28,040 bases of DNA from positions 1 through 28,040 of IMG/VR virus record IMGVR_UViG_2778261689_000008, one strand, 5' to 3'. Below the pieces are notes generated by a model that saw nothing but the letters and a program-made list of their open reading frames with translations, was not told where the DNA came from and did no database searches. The position numbers were made by a program, and so were the translations under genes. The DNA comes from a virus (Duplodnaviria; Heunggongvirae; Uroviricota; Caudoviricetes). Of this stretch, positions 27,684-28,040 are shown one piece after another. Position 1 is the first letter of the stretch. Every line of letters starts with the position of its first letter.

Positions 27684-28040
27684 TTACTGAATTTCATTCA
27701 CTTTACTTAAAAAGGCTTTTTTTGTTTTTTCTGCGGTATATTTATCTTTAAATATAAAACTCTCGATTGTATTCACATCGATCTGTTTCACTAGCATTGG
27801 TTGTTCTCTGACAATATCATATCCTGACATAATCGACAAATGACAATTAAATATGGACTGCTCAAACTCGAATTTTTTATTATACATTAAATTAATATCT
27901 TCAATTATTTCGCTATCATTCTGCATGTTGTTACTAAGATAGTTTTTAACAATCTCTTTGTTTGGGTTGTTGTTTAATTCCGCCTTAACGGCCACCAAGC
28001 CCTGAGAGATCCCCTCATAATTTCCCCAAAGCGTAACCAT
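27684..28040 (-). CDS. AT-rich hypothetical protein; N-terminus may lie beyond the window edge
   Basis: Track ORF reaching the last base of the window; Asn/Lys/Ile-rich; operon-like spacing with the 319-aa gene. Confidence 0.5.
   Translation of the reverse strand: MVTLWGNYEGISQGLVAVKAELNNNPNKEIVKNYLSNNMQNDSEIIEDINLMYNKKFEFEQSIFNCHLSIMSGYDIVREQPMLVKQIDVNTIESFIFKDKYTAEKTKKAFLSKVNEIQ

Noticed and set aside
1-28040. CRISPR arrays, insertion sequences or transposases, integrase or attachment sites
   Set aside because: No spaced short direct repeats, no transposase-like ORF and no integrase in the window; the only repeats are the invertase crossover sites and the 119-bp pair. Prophage ends are presumably outside the window.

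Overview
The window is almost entirely the late half of one mosaic lambdoid prophage, transcribed leftward on the minus strand from about 28040 down to 1400. Reading in transcription order (right to left): an AT-rich accessory module at the right edge (27684-28040 partial ORF, 26710-27669 membrane protein); a roughly 2-kb cassette bracketed by two 119-bp direct repeats exactly 2000 bp apart (24508-24626 and 26508-26626); a DLP12-like nin block (ybcN, ninE, ybcO, rusA, ylcG); antiterminator Q and a 310-bp late leader with two hairpin-plus-U-tract terminators; a lambda-like lysis cassette (holin, R endolysin, Rz with embedded Rz1); two small orphan genes; HNH endonuclease with small and large terminase; an HK97-type head module (portal, protease, major capsid, connectors); a Mu-like contractile tail module (sheath, tube, tape measure, baseplate); and at the left end a Pin/Gin-type invertible tail-fibre switch with its invertase. 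The most interesting material is not the structural genes but the accessory region at 24.5-28.0 kb: the repeat-bracketed cassette with 460 bp of ORF-free, hairpin-rich DNA and two AT-rich orphan loci of unknown function. I found no CRISPR array, tRNA, rRNA or transposase. Functional calls rest on reading the ORF-track translations against remembered protein families; no database search was run. Coordinates of non-ORF features were counted by hand and may be off by 1-2 bp.
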